From NCBI GenBank assembly GCA_030587475.2, contig JAUQYZ020000062.1, forward strand, positions 1-26,642: a DNA stretch of 26,642 nt, read 5' to 3'. Position 1 is the stretch's first letter; each line of letters begins with the position of its first letter. A model generated the notes under the pieces. It searched no databases and was not told where the DNA came from. It worked only from the letters and a program-made list of their open reading frames with translations. Positions 7,839-15,921 of the stretch are shown here, one piece after another. Position numbers and translations under genes: made by a program. The stretch comes from Candidatus Sigynarchaeum calidifontis (lineage in GTDB: Archaea > Asgardarchaeota > Lokiarchaeia > Sigyniarchaeales > Sigyniarchaeaceae).

Positions 7839-8353
7839 TGTCCGACCTCGAATTCAAGCGACAGATCTACGAGTCGTACATGCACAGTGCCATCCGATAT
7901 TGCTACCAGTGTAGCCGTTGTGATGAAAATTGCCCCGTGCACGCGGTCACCGCGGCCTATAGTCCGCGCCAGAACATTCTCAGGTCGCTGCTGGGCATAA
8001 ACTTCATCTCCGCGGATGATCGCCTTGCCATCTATGGTTGCACGGTTTGCGACACGTGCGACGAGGTTTGCCCCAACAAGATCCCGCTCACGCACATCTT
8101 CGCCGTGCTGAAGAACATGGCCGCCGCGAAGAACATCTCGCCCGACAGCTTCAAGGGCCAGGGGAAGGCCGTGCACGACAATGGAACGGCCATTCCCATT
8201 AGCCCCCCGATTGCACGTCGCAGGGCGGCGATGGGGCTTCCGGAGAAATACGACCTGCCCGTTAGCGAGGTGCAAGCCGTCATGAAGGCTGTCGGCTTCG
8301 AGGACAAGCTGGCCAAGCTCACGATAGAGCCAAAGAAAACCACGGAGGCATGA
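7835..8353 (+). CDS. hdrC: Heterodisulfide reductase subunit C
   Basis: CYQCSRCDENCP and CTVCDTCDEVCP (two [4Fe-4S] clusters); 4-bp overlaps with both neighbours. Confidence 0.92.
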   Translation: MMSDLEFKRQIYESYMHSAIRYCYQCSRCDENCPVHAVTAAYSPRQNILRSLLGINFISADDRLAIYGCTVCDTCDEVCPNKIPLTHIFAVLKNMAAAKNISPDSFKGQGKAVHDNGTAIPISPPIARRRAAMGLPEKYDLPVSEVQAVMKAVGFEDKLAKLTIEPKKTTEA

Positions 8354-9246
8354 ACATAATGGACAAATCGCTGTTTCTTGGCTGCACGATTCCCGGGCGC
8401 ATTCCCTTCGTGGAGAAATCGGCAAAAGTCGTGTGCGACGACCTCGGCATCAAGACGGAGGTCCTCCCCGGCTTCGCTTGCTGCCCCGACCCCGTCGGCA
8501 TGAACGCGCTGGACAGGAACAACTGGCTCGCCCTGGCAGGCCGCAATCTCTGCGTCGCGGAAGCCGCGGGCAAGCCGGTCATGACCCTTTGCACGGGCTG
8601 CGCGATGACCCTCAAGACCGCGAACGACGACCTCAAGCACTCGCACCACGACAAGGAGAAGGTGAACCACGCGCTGAAGGGGGTCAACAAGGAATTCAAG
8701 GGCTCGCTCGACAATATCAAGCACATCGCGCAAGTTCTTTTCGAGGAGATCGGCATCGACAAGATCAAGGCCGCTGTCAAGAAACCCCTCAAGGGCCTCA
8801 AGGTCGCGGTGCATCTCGGGTGCCACTTCTTGCGGCCTTCCGAGGTCATCAAGTTCGACGACCCGTTCAATCCCACGAAGGTCGACGAGATCGTGAAGGC
8901 GGTCGGTGCCGATCCGGTCGATTACACGGAGAAGCTGCTCTGCTGTGGCCACGGGGTTTCGAACGAAAGCGTCGATATTGCCGCGACCATGAACCAGAAG
9001 AAATTCAAGAGTGCAAAAGCCGCGGGTGCACAAGCTTTCGTTGTTCTCTGCCCCTCTTGCTACCTACGCTTCGAGAACGCGAACAGGGACGTGAAAAAGA
9101 AGTTCAACGAGGATTACAACTTCCCCGTGCTCTACCTCACCGACCTGCTGGCCATCGCGTTCGGCCACAGCGGCGACGAGATCGGCCTCAAGGATCACCG
9201 GCCGAGCCCCGCCAAGGCCCTCGAATCGGTGGGTCTCCAAGCTTGA
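8350..9246 (+). CDS. hdrB: Heterodisulfide reductase subunit B
   Basis: Two CCG domains: FLGC...ACCPDP...LCTGC and HLGCH...LCCG...LCPSC. Confidence 0.95.
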   Translation: MNIMDKSLFLGCTIPGRIPFVEKSAKVVCDDLGIKTEVLPGFACCPDPVGMNALDRNNWLALAGRNLCVAEAAGKPVMTLCTGCAMTLKTANDDLKHSHHDKEKVNHALKGVNKEFKGSLDNIKHIAQVLFEEIGIDKIKAAVKKPLKGLKVAVHLGCHFLRPSEVIKFDDPFNPTKVDEIVKAVGADPVDYTEKLLCCGHGVSNESVDIAATMNQKKFKSAKAAGAQAFVVLCPSCYLRFENANRDVKKKFNEDYNFPVLYLTDLLAIAFGHSGDEIGLKDHRPSPAKALESVGLQA

Positions 9247-9262
9247 TTCGTGGCTTGACCCC

Positions 9263-9292
9263 TTCTTGTTTTCCTATTTTTTCTTGTTCTTG
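9263..9292 (+). terminator. T-rich archaeal terminator after hdrB
   Basis: TTCTTGTTTTCCTATTTTTTCTTGTTCTT lies directly downstream of the stop codon. Confidence 0.5.
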
Positions 9293-9344
9293 CCATGGTG
9301 AGCCGATACTTGACACGGGAAGATATAGAAAAAAGGCAATGGCT

Positions 9345-10115
9345 TCAGAGGTCGTCCTCGTCGTCCTCGTCGATGTCGTAGGCGAAGAAAGTGCCCTCCT
9401 CGACTCCAACATCATCATCCTCGCCCGGCTGCACGTCGCCGCGGACGATCTTGCCCCGGTTGCGGTGAATCTCCTCGTCCATTTGCCACTTGACGAGGTC
9501 CTCGATGGTTTGCATCGAGAACGTGGCGTGGATCTCGTCGATTTGCTCCTTGCGCAGCGCTCGGGCCATGTCGGCGGCCGTGTAGAACCACATCTCGTTA
9601 TCCCCGCGACCGGCCGGCCTGCCACCCTCGGCATCCACGTACAAAAGCCCGCCATCTTCCCCCAGCGCGAGCAGTTTTCGCTCGTCGGTCAACTGGTTTT
9701 CCTTGCACCAGATGACGAGCTTCCGATCGTAGACCCGGTACCACCAGCGAAGGAAGTCCTGGTTTCGATACCGGTACGAGCTCACGAAAAACCGGCGTTC
9801 CATCGGGTTCCGCCTGCCCCTCTTGAAAAAATCGAGGATGGTCGGGAACACGTCGCGCTTCCAGAACTGGTGGGCGATGTCGAGGATCTGCGTCGCCTTG
9901 TCCAGCTTTTCGGGCAAAAGCGCCTGCTCGCGCTGTTTCGCCTCGATCAGCGCCCGCCGCTCGCGATCCCGGCGCATTCGATTCGCCATTTCCCTCTGGA
10001 GATCAAGCCTGGCTCTTATCGTGAGCCTTTCCTTGACCTCCTCATCGAACGGATCCTTCGGGTCGGGCTTTGAACCCGACCCTAACTGGTTGTTGTCTAT
10101 GTCTTTCATATTCAT
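9345..10115 (-). CDS. Hypothetical protein (N-terminal charged helix, acidic tail)
   Basis: 256-aa ORF with typical codon usage, ending DIDEDDEDDL. Confidence 0.8.
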   Translation of the reverse strand: MNMKDIDNNQLGSGSKPDPKDPFDEEVKERLTIRARLDLQREMANRMRRDRERRALIEAKQREQALLPEKLDKATQILDIAHQFWKRDVFPTILDFFKRGRRNPMERRFFVSSYRYRNQDFLRWWYRVYDRKLVIWCKENQLTDERKLLALGEDGGLLYVDAEGGRPAGRGDNEMWFYTAADMARALRKEQIDEIHATFSMQTIEDLVKWQMDEEIHRNRGKIVRGDVQPGEDDDVGVEEGTFFAYDIDEDDEDDL

Positions 10116-10493
10116 CTGGCCTTGTCTTTATTTCTCGTGTAACTTACCAACGCTCCTTTTTTTACCAATAACCATTATATCCCTTATCTTTACTTTCAAT
10201 TCCAGCGAGGCAAGTTTATTATAATGGATACTTTAATCGTCGCTAGCTCGGTGGTTGTATTAATGGATATACCATGAAAAATGTCCTATACTTGCCGAAT
10301 CGCTCGAATGTTCTTCTGAAAAGTAGGCCTGGCATGGCAGGATCGGGCAGCACGCCGAGTGCTGCCCCGTGCGTCCTCCGATCAAGCACGCTAGGCATGT
10401 CACCATTCTAGCGGTGCGGGTATATAACCACTGGGGGTTTAACAAGCCGCGACGGAACCATGTATTGCATGGTTACGGGGAATGGATCCGCGA

Positions 10494-11723
10494 TCAGAAA
10501 AAAGATTGGATCAAGACATTCAACACGGGCAGGGCGATGGGGACGAGCAAGCTCCCGAGGAGCTTGCTGATGATGACCGTGGAGACCGGCCATTCCTTCA
10601 TGCGCCTGGCCTTCTCGTACCTATCCTTGAGCATTTCGACGAGCATCCCCTGACTGCGGACGATGTCACCATCTGGCATCTTCTCGCCAGGGTCGACCTT
10701 GTTGTCCTTGATCTCGCGCTTCATTGTTTGCAGCATCTCTTGAAAAAAGGAGAAGGCTTCGAGGTATTGCCCGTGCATGTCGACCAAGAACGCGATCTTC
10801 GCGTCCTTGACGCGCCGGTAGAGCGTGAATGTCGGTTTCAAGAAGACATAGGCGATGGCATAGATGATGAGGGGAATGAGCACGAACGGGATGTAGGTAA
10901 GCGGCTCGAGCGTGCTGCTGAGCACCTGGGGCAGGCCGATGAGCCAGGGAATCGTAAAGGCGAGCGTGGCGATGACCAGCGTCGTGTTGATGGCGAGATC
11001 CTTCAGCGGTAACAAGCCACCAAAGCCGTCCGGGTGTTCCGGCTCGATCTTGATGTTCACGTCCTTGAGGATGTCGTTCATGATGACGTGGTAGGGGAGA
11101 ATGCCGATGATCACGTTGGCACCGAAGAAGACCATGAAGAATGCCGGGATATAATTCCAGATGAAGACGAAGTCGGGCCTCGCGGTGTTGAAGACCGATG
11201 CAACGATGAATAGGGCCGCGATCATGGCGGAGATGGCCATGGAAACCGGGTGGTTGACGTACCTGAAGCATTTCTTGATCTTGCGACGAACGAAGCGCTC
11301 GTAGCGTGTCGAATCGTCGATATCGATGCCGCTGCTCTCGTCTTGTATCGTGTAACTGGTAACGAGTTTCTTCAAGTCCCTCATGACAGGTAAAAAAGTC
11401 CGCTCCTCCCACCAGTGGATCAACGTCGTGGCCACGACGGGAAACACGCAGAAAAAGCACGTCGTGATGAAATACATGAATAACGTGGCACGTGTTGCGA
11501 AACTCTCGAAAAACCACCAATCAACAATGAATTCCGTGATGCCGAACGCAGGTGCTGTCCAGCCAAAGAGCAACAACGCGGTAACGAGAAATGGTTTTCT
11601 AGGAAATAGCCTGGCGTGGACTTTAGAGAACCAAGGCCTTGCCTCGCCAAAGTACGTGGCAAGCTTGGTATCGAATTCCGTACTGCCGTGCTTGGGCGTA
11701 TCGCGAGTCGTGGATGGATTCAT
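10494..11723 (-). CDS. Hypothetical multi-pass membrane protein
   Basis: About 6-7 hydrophobic segments and a PEHPDGFGGL loop; TTTATAA box (11759-11765) and AGGTGG upstream of ATG 11723. Confidence 0.8.
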   Translation of the reverse strand: MNPSTTRDTPKHGSTEFDTKLATYFGEARPWFSKVHARLFPRKPFLVTALLLFGWTAPAFGITEFIVDWWFFESFATRATLFMYFITTCFFCVFPVVATTLIHWWEERTFLPVMRDLKKLVTSYTIQDESSGIDIDDSTRYERFVRRKIKKCFRYVNHPVSMAISAMIAALFIVASVFNTARPDFVFIWNYIPAFFMVFFGANVIIGILPYHVIMNDILKDVNIKIEPEHPDGFGGLLPLKDLAINTTLVIATLAFTIPWLIGLPQVLSSTLEPLTYIPFVLIPLIIYAIAYVFLKPTFTLYRRVKDAKIAFLVDMHGQYLEAFSFFQEMLQTMKREIKDNKVDPGEKMPDGDIVRSQGMLVEMLKDRYEKARRMKEWPVSTVIISKLLGSLLVPIALPVLNVLIQSFF

Positions 11724-11798
11724 CGGGGTGCCACCTTTCACGGAATCGTGCCATGTCATTATAAACCTTGCCGGACGTCCCAAAAATTGACGTGATGA

Positions 11799-12248
11799 TC
11801 AGCTGTCGTGCACGTTCACGATGACTTTGATACCTTTCCGCACGGATTCGGTGACCGTGCAGAACTTCTCGAAAACCTTTTTGCATTCACCGAGTCGCTT
11901 GATTGCCGCCGGGTTCGTGGTCTTCGGGAACAGATCGACCGCGATCTCTTGCACGCGCAACCGCCCGTCCTGGTCACGGCCCGTCGTTGCTCGCGCTTTC
12001 GCGATGAGCGATTCAACCTGAACGTCACGCTTTGACATGCAGAACGCGAGGCTCGATGCCAGGCAGCTGCCAACTGCCGATGCGAGCAGCCTGGCCGGCG
12101 TCACTCCGACCATCTCCGCTTCGTCCTTGTTCGTTTCATCGACGTGGATCTTCGGCACCTTCAGGCCATCGAAGTCGACCTTGAAGATGAGATCTTTCTC
12201 CCAATTTACCTCTACCTGGACGGTTGAACCTTGATCTCTTGCTGTCAT
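11799..12248 (-). CDS. OsmC/Ohr family protein
   Basis: GVTPARLLASAVGSCLASSL and EKFCTVTESV supply the two conserved Cys. Confidence 0.88.
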   Translation of the reverse strand: MTARDQGSTVQVEVNWEKDLIFKVDFDGLKVPKIHVDETNKDEAEMVGVTPARLLASAVGSCLASSLAFCMSKRDVQVESLIAKARATTGRDQDGRLRVQEIAVDLFPKTTNPAAIKRLGECKKVFEKFCTVTESVRKGIKVIVNVHDS

Positions 12249-12270
12249 ATGTGTACACAAAATCGGCTTT

Positions 12271-12323
12271 GCTTTTGATAAAAGCGAAGCCTTTATTAAA
12301 GCCTTAGGCAAACTTTTGCCTAA
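12271..12323. promoter_or_regulatory. Putative operators flanking the TATA box of the osmC-like gene
   Basis: GCTTTT-GAT-AAAAGC (12271-12285), minus-strand TTTAATAA (12293-12300) and TTAGGCAAA-CT-TTTGCCTAA (12304-12323). Confidence 0.5.
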
Positions 12324-12464
12324 TCACCTCGCATTTCTGCAATGGAATGCTTTCAGCGCGGGGGGCTCTAGAAAAGTTTTAAACAAGCAAGCGAAAAACT
12401 TGATCAATAATAAAACATTGATGTTCAAACACATGGCGCTTGAAATCCCGGGGCAAATGCAAAC

Positions 12465-13001
12465 ATGAAGCGTTTTGACACTGATTTTATCTGGAAACTG
12501 CTTATAATTGGAGAAGGCGGATCGGGGAAGTCTTGCATCCTTCACCGGTACATTCACAATGAATGGGTAGAGGACATGAAAATGACCATCGGCTGCCAGT
12601 TCCACACGCAGCTGCTAGAGCGTCAAAATTACAAGATCAACCTGGTCCTCTGGGATTTTAGTGGACAAGATCGTTTCAAGTTTATATTCGACGATTACTG
12701 CCGTGGCGCATCGGGCGCCTTCTTGATGTTCGACATGTCTCGCCTCCAGACGCTATACGAGTCCCCGAAATGGATCCAGATGATCAAGAAAAACACGAAG
12801 GGGGAGATCCCCATCGTGCTTCTCGGCGGGAAACTCGATTTGCTCGACCAGCAGAAGCTCGCCGAGGTCAACGCGGCCGCGGAGCAAGTCACCAAGGAGA
12901 CCGGGTGCATCGCCTACGTGCCGACGTCGTCCAAGACCGGCTTCAACGTGAACGAGTGCATCATGTACATGGTCGACTTGCTCATCGCGCAGAACAGTTG
13001 A
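12465..13001 (+). CDS. Rab-like small GTPase (Ras superfamily)
   Basis: G1 GEGGSGKS, G2 TIGCQF, G3 WDFSGQDRF, YCRGA, G4 GKLD, G5 TSSK; no C-terminal prenylation motif; followed by a T run. Confidence 0.95.
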   Translation: MKRFDTDFIWKLLIIGEGGSGKSCILHRYIHNEWVEDMKMTIGCQFHTQLLERQNYKINLVLWDFSGQDRFKFIFDDYCRGASGAFLMFDMSRLQTLYESPKWIQMIKKNTKGEIPIVLLGGKLDLLDQQKLAEVNAAAEQVTKETGCIAYVPTSSKTGFNVNECIMYMVDLLIAQNS

Positions 13002-13119
13002 CACGCCTCTTTTTTTTCAACGCTATCCCGAGAAACGTCTTTCACGTGACATGTCAAGGGGCAGTTTTCCCGAATTTCCTTGGCAATAACAGCTCAGTAC
13101 CTTGAGAAAAAACGAGGAA

Positions 13120-13791
13120 TTATTTCGTGCCGTACTTGGCGATGGAGAGCAATTTGAGTGCATCGGCGACTTGCTCGGCGATATCGCCGATGTCCTCCAG
13201 GTGTTCCATCGCGTCGAGGAACGGCAGGATTTTTCGCAAGTCCACGTCCTTCAAATCGTCCGAATATAAGATCTTTTGCAACTCCCTGAATAACACGTCG
13301 CTCTTGCGTTCGGTGAGATCGATGTCGTTACAAACCTTGAGAACACGATCGGGATTGTCGTTCAAGGCGAAGAATGCGTCCCGATGCAGGGCCAATGCCT
13401 GCATGATGATATCGGCAAGCTCGATCGCCTTGTCGGCGACGGTCTTTGGCAACTTGCGCCACGAGCAGTTCATGAGCCGCTGCCCGGTTCCCTCTGCCCA
13501 GTCGATCAAGTTATCCGACCGCAAGATGAGCGATGGATCCATCTCCCGCTCGAGCAGCCCGAGCGCCTTGACCTCGGCAAGCTGCGTGGTGAGCATGTTC
13601 TTGTCTTTGTCTGCCTCGGCCTCGATTTCAACGAGTTGTTGGTACTTCTGCTTCGATTCATCGATGTTTCCCTTGACCCACGCCTCGACGCATTGTGCGA
13701 GGGCCTGCCCCGCCTCCTTTACCTTCCGCGCGTGGTCAAGCGCCACTTGCATTATCCGGTTCGTGATGCCCCGTGTTTCCATGCAATTCAC
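13120..13791 (-). CDS. DUF47 / PhoU-like phosphate transport regulator
   Basis: Two PhoU-type repeats: EAEADKDK...DNLIDWAE and ERKSDVLFR...EDIGDIAEQVAD. Start may be ATG 13782. Confidence 0.88.
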   Translation of the reverse strand: MNCMETRGITNRIMQVALDHARKVKEAGQALAQCVEAWVKGNIDESKQKYQQLVEIEAEADKDKNMLTTQLAEVKALGLLEREMDPSLILRSDNLIDWAEGTGQRLMNCSWRKLPKTVADKAIELADIIMQALALHRDAFFALNDNPDRVLKVCNDIDLTERKSDVLFRELQKILYSDDLKDVDLRKILPFLDAMEHLEDIGDIAEQVADALKLLSIAKYGTK

Positions 13792-13884
13792 ATCGTCGAT
13801 AATTGCTAGATAGCTTGCAGAGAAAATATATTAGGCTTGTGCTTCACGTTCTAAAGGCTCGGCGACTCGAATGCCCGGCCACAT

Positions 13885-14883
13885 TTACTCGTTTTTCGTG
13901 CCGAGCAAGTCGTTGAAACCCGCGATGAAGGCATCCAGCTTTGTTGGATCCGTTTTCAACACCTTCATCGCGTCGTGCTTGTACCGTTTTATTTCCTTGC
14001 GCAATGAGGGCGACAAGGCCTCGCCTCTCGTGACACGTGCGTTGATCGCCCGACGTGTCGCCACCTCGAAGCGATCCAAGGCGCTAGACGACATTCCTTG
14101 GATCGAATCCCTCCACTCTTGCACGTCGTTGATCAAGAATCCGTCATTGACGATGCGCCCGAGTAATGCAAGGTTCCAGAATGCCGGATTGTCCATCACG
14201 CTGGTCGTTGCGCCCAGCAGCTTCGCGACAGGTTCTTTCGCTCGCAAGAGGAGGGCTGCCTTGTCCAGCTCCCGCTGCAAGATGACCATGGCATCGCTGG
14301 TTGCCATCTTGGCCAGGTTGATCGTGACGAGCGGCTCGTCCCAGGAGTACGACCGGGATCCAGGCATGTCCATTTTTCTTGCGATGTCCTTGATCACCTC
14401 GACAGGAACCTGGCGCTCGCGCTTGGCGTTCCACGCGATGCATTGCTTCAAGGGCGTGGCAACGTGGATGATCGCGTAATGCACCCGGTGCTTGCAAGCG
14501 ACATCGGCGACCTCCTTGCGCATGCTCCGGAAGTAGTTCACGTCGTCGTCGATGACGATGAGGCCCTTTCCGAGGGCGTCGTCGATTTCATTGAGCTTCC
14601 CGGCCCGTACCTCCGCCTCTAGCGCGGGGTCAAAGGCATTGCCAGCGCCGCTCGTGCCATGCATGGCAGCCCGTAGCAAGTCTATGTCAAGAATCTTGAC
14701 CTGGCTAGCTGGTATCCTTTCGCGTATATCGGCTGCGATGCTTGCCGCCAGCGTTGACTTCCCGGATGCCGGCAACCCGCACAATATAAACACGGCTTGG
14801 TTGGGTGGATCTACACCTCGTGACGTTGTCGGTTCCACGATACTTGATTTAATCGGGAAACAAGAAAAAAGCGACGGTAGCAA
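13885..14883 (-). CDS. pstK: O-phosphoseryl-tRNA(Sec) kinase (PSTK)/KTI12-family P-loop kinase
   Basis: LCGLPASGKST, IDLLR, VIDDDVNYFRSMRKEV, WNAKR and YSWDEP. Start uncertain. Confidence 0.75.
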   Translation of the reverse strand: MLPSLFSCFPIKSSIVEPTTSRGVDPPNQAVFILCGLPASGKSTLAASIAADIRERIPASQVKILDIDLLRAAMHGTSGAGNAFDPALEAEVRAGKLNEIDDALGKGLIVIDDDVNYFRSMRKEVADVACKHRVHYAIIHVATPLKQCIAWNAKRERQVPVEVIKDIARKMDMPGSRSYSWDEPLVTINLAKMATSDAMVILQRELDKAALLLRAKEPVAKLLGATTSVMDNPAFWNLALLGRIVNDGFLINDVQEWRDSIQGMSSSALDRFEVATRRAINARVTRGEALSPSLRKEIKRYKHDAMKVLKTDPTKLDAFIAGFNDLLGTKNE

Positions 14884-14889
14884 ATTGCT

Positions 14890-15858
14890 TCACGCGGGTG
14901 GCGCTTTCGTTTCAAGGTTCACGCCGATGCCCTTGATCCGCGGCATGCGAATCTTGGGCGTGAAGACGCGCACTCTCGTGGCCTTGGCAATGCTCTTCTG
15001 CATTGCTTCCATCAGTTTCTCGAACGCAAGGCGCTGGCCCTCGAATTCTGCTGGAAGCTCCACGGCTGGCATATCCTGGCTGACTTGCTTGGCTAATTCC
15101 TTCTCTGGCTTCTTTTCAGCCGTTTCCTCGGCGCTTGCAAGATTCTCGAGCTTTTTTTCAATGGTATTCATGGGGACAAGCTTTTTTTCTGCCTCGCGCT
15201 TCTTTTCGAAATCCTTGTACCTCGTGGGAACGAAATCATCGAGCTTCTTTTTCGGATTCGATTTGAGGATCTTCTGGACCTGGTCCAATTCCTGCAAGGT
15301 GTAGACGTGGCCATTGCGCTCATTGTAGAGCATGCCAGAGACGTTCAAGCCAGGCTGGATGCGCTTGAGAAACGCCAGGCTTTCGACTTGGGCGCGGACG
15401 TTATCTATTTCGTCGTTGAAGATGCCGAGGTATTTCAAGGCACTCTCGCGGGTCGAGAAATACTCGCGAAGGTAACTGCGCAATGGAAGCCTCGCGGTAA
15501 AGCTATCGAGGTTCTTGTAAACAAGTACCTTGTCCGCGCTCTTGCAGCCCGCGTGCCCGAGGACGATGACATCCGAGATGCGATCCGTGAGCATGGCAAG
15601 CATGATGCTCCTGATGGTTTCTAGCGTGATGTTGCCCGCGATGCGGATCACGTAGGCCTCGCCAGGTTCAAGATCGAAGATTTTTGCCGGGTCTACCCAG
15701 GGGCTCGTACACGTGATGATGATGGGCCGCTCCGCTGGCGCGACGCGCGGCCGAGGGTTTTCCATGCTATCCTTAATGGCATACAGCGCGTTCATGTGCT
15801 TTTCGATGAGTCTTGATTCCACCTTTAACACGCCCGTGCTTGTTCTTGAAAATTGCAT
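14890..15858 (-). CDS. Beta-carbonic anhydrase-like protein, degenerate active site, charged C-terminal extension
   Basis: IITCTSPWVDPAKIFDLEPGEAYVIRIAGN, IVLGHAGC, NVRAQV and VSGMLYNERNG. Zn ligands are kept but CxDxR reads CTSPW. Confidence 0.8.
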   Translation of the reverse strand: MQFSRTSTGVLKVESRLIEKHMNALYAIKDSMENPRPRVAPAERPIIITCTSPWVDPAKIFDLEPGEAYVIRIAGNITLETIRSIMLAMLTDRISDVIVLGHAGCKSADKVLVYKNLDSFTARLPLRSYLREYFSTRESALKYLGIFNDEIDNVRAQVESLAFLKRIQPGLNVSGMLYNERNGHVYTLQELDQVQKILKSNPKKKLDDFVPTRYKDFEKKREAEKKLVPMNTIEKKLENLASAEETAEKKPEKELAKQVSQDMPAVELPAEFEGQRLAFEKLMEAMQKSIAKATRVRVFTPKIRMPRIKGIGVNLETKAPPA

Positions 15859-15921
15859 GACAATATCCGCCGGTTACCCGAATGAAAAAATGAGGGAGCC
15901 GGCGGTGGTGGTAGGAATGCC

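Noticed and set aside
8433-10073. 546-aa plus-strand ORF and other long overlapping ORFs (6528..7835-, 15713..16711+, 17114..18100+, 19862..20746+)
   Set aside because: These are shadow ORFs caused by high GC3 codon bias over well-supported genes.
10060-10082. T-arm-like hairpin GGGTCGGG-TTCAAAG-CCCGACCC (minus strand)
   Set aside because: It lies inside a CDS and has no accompanying D arm, anticodon arm or acceptor stem, so it is not a tRNA.
10494-12248. The osmC TGA is in frame with the downstream membrane-protein ORF (possible Sec or read-through fusion)
   Set aside because: The OsmC domain is complete at the stop, and the downstream gene has its own TATA box and RBS-like sequence; frame coincidence has a 1-in-3 chance.
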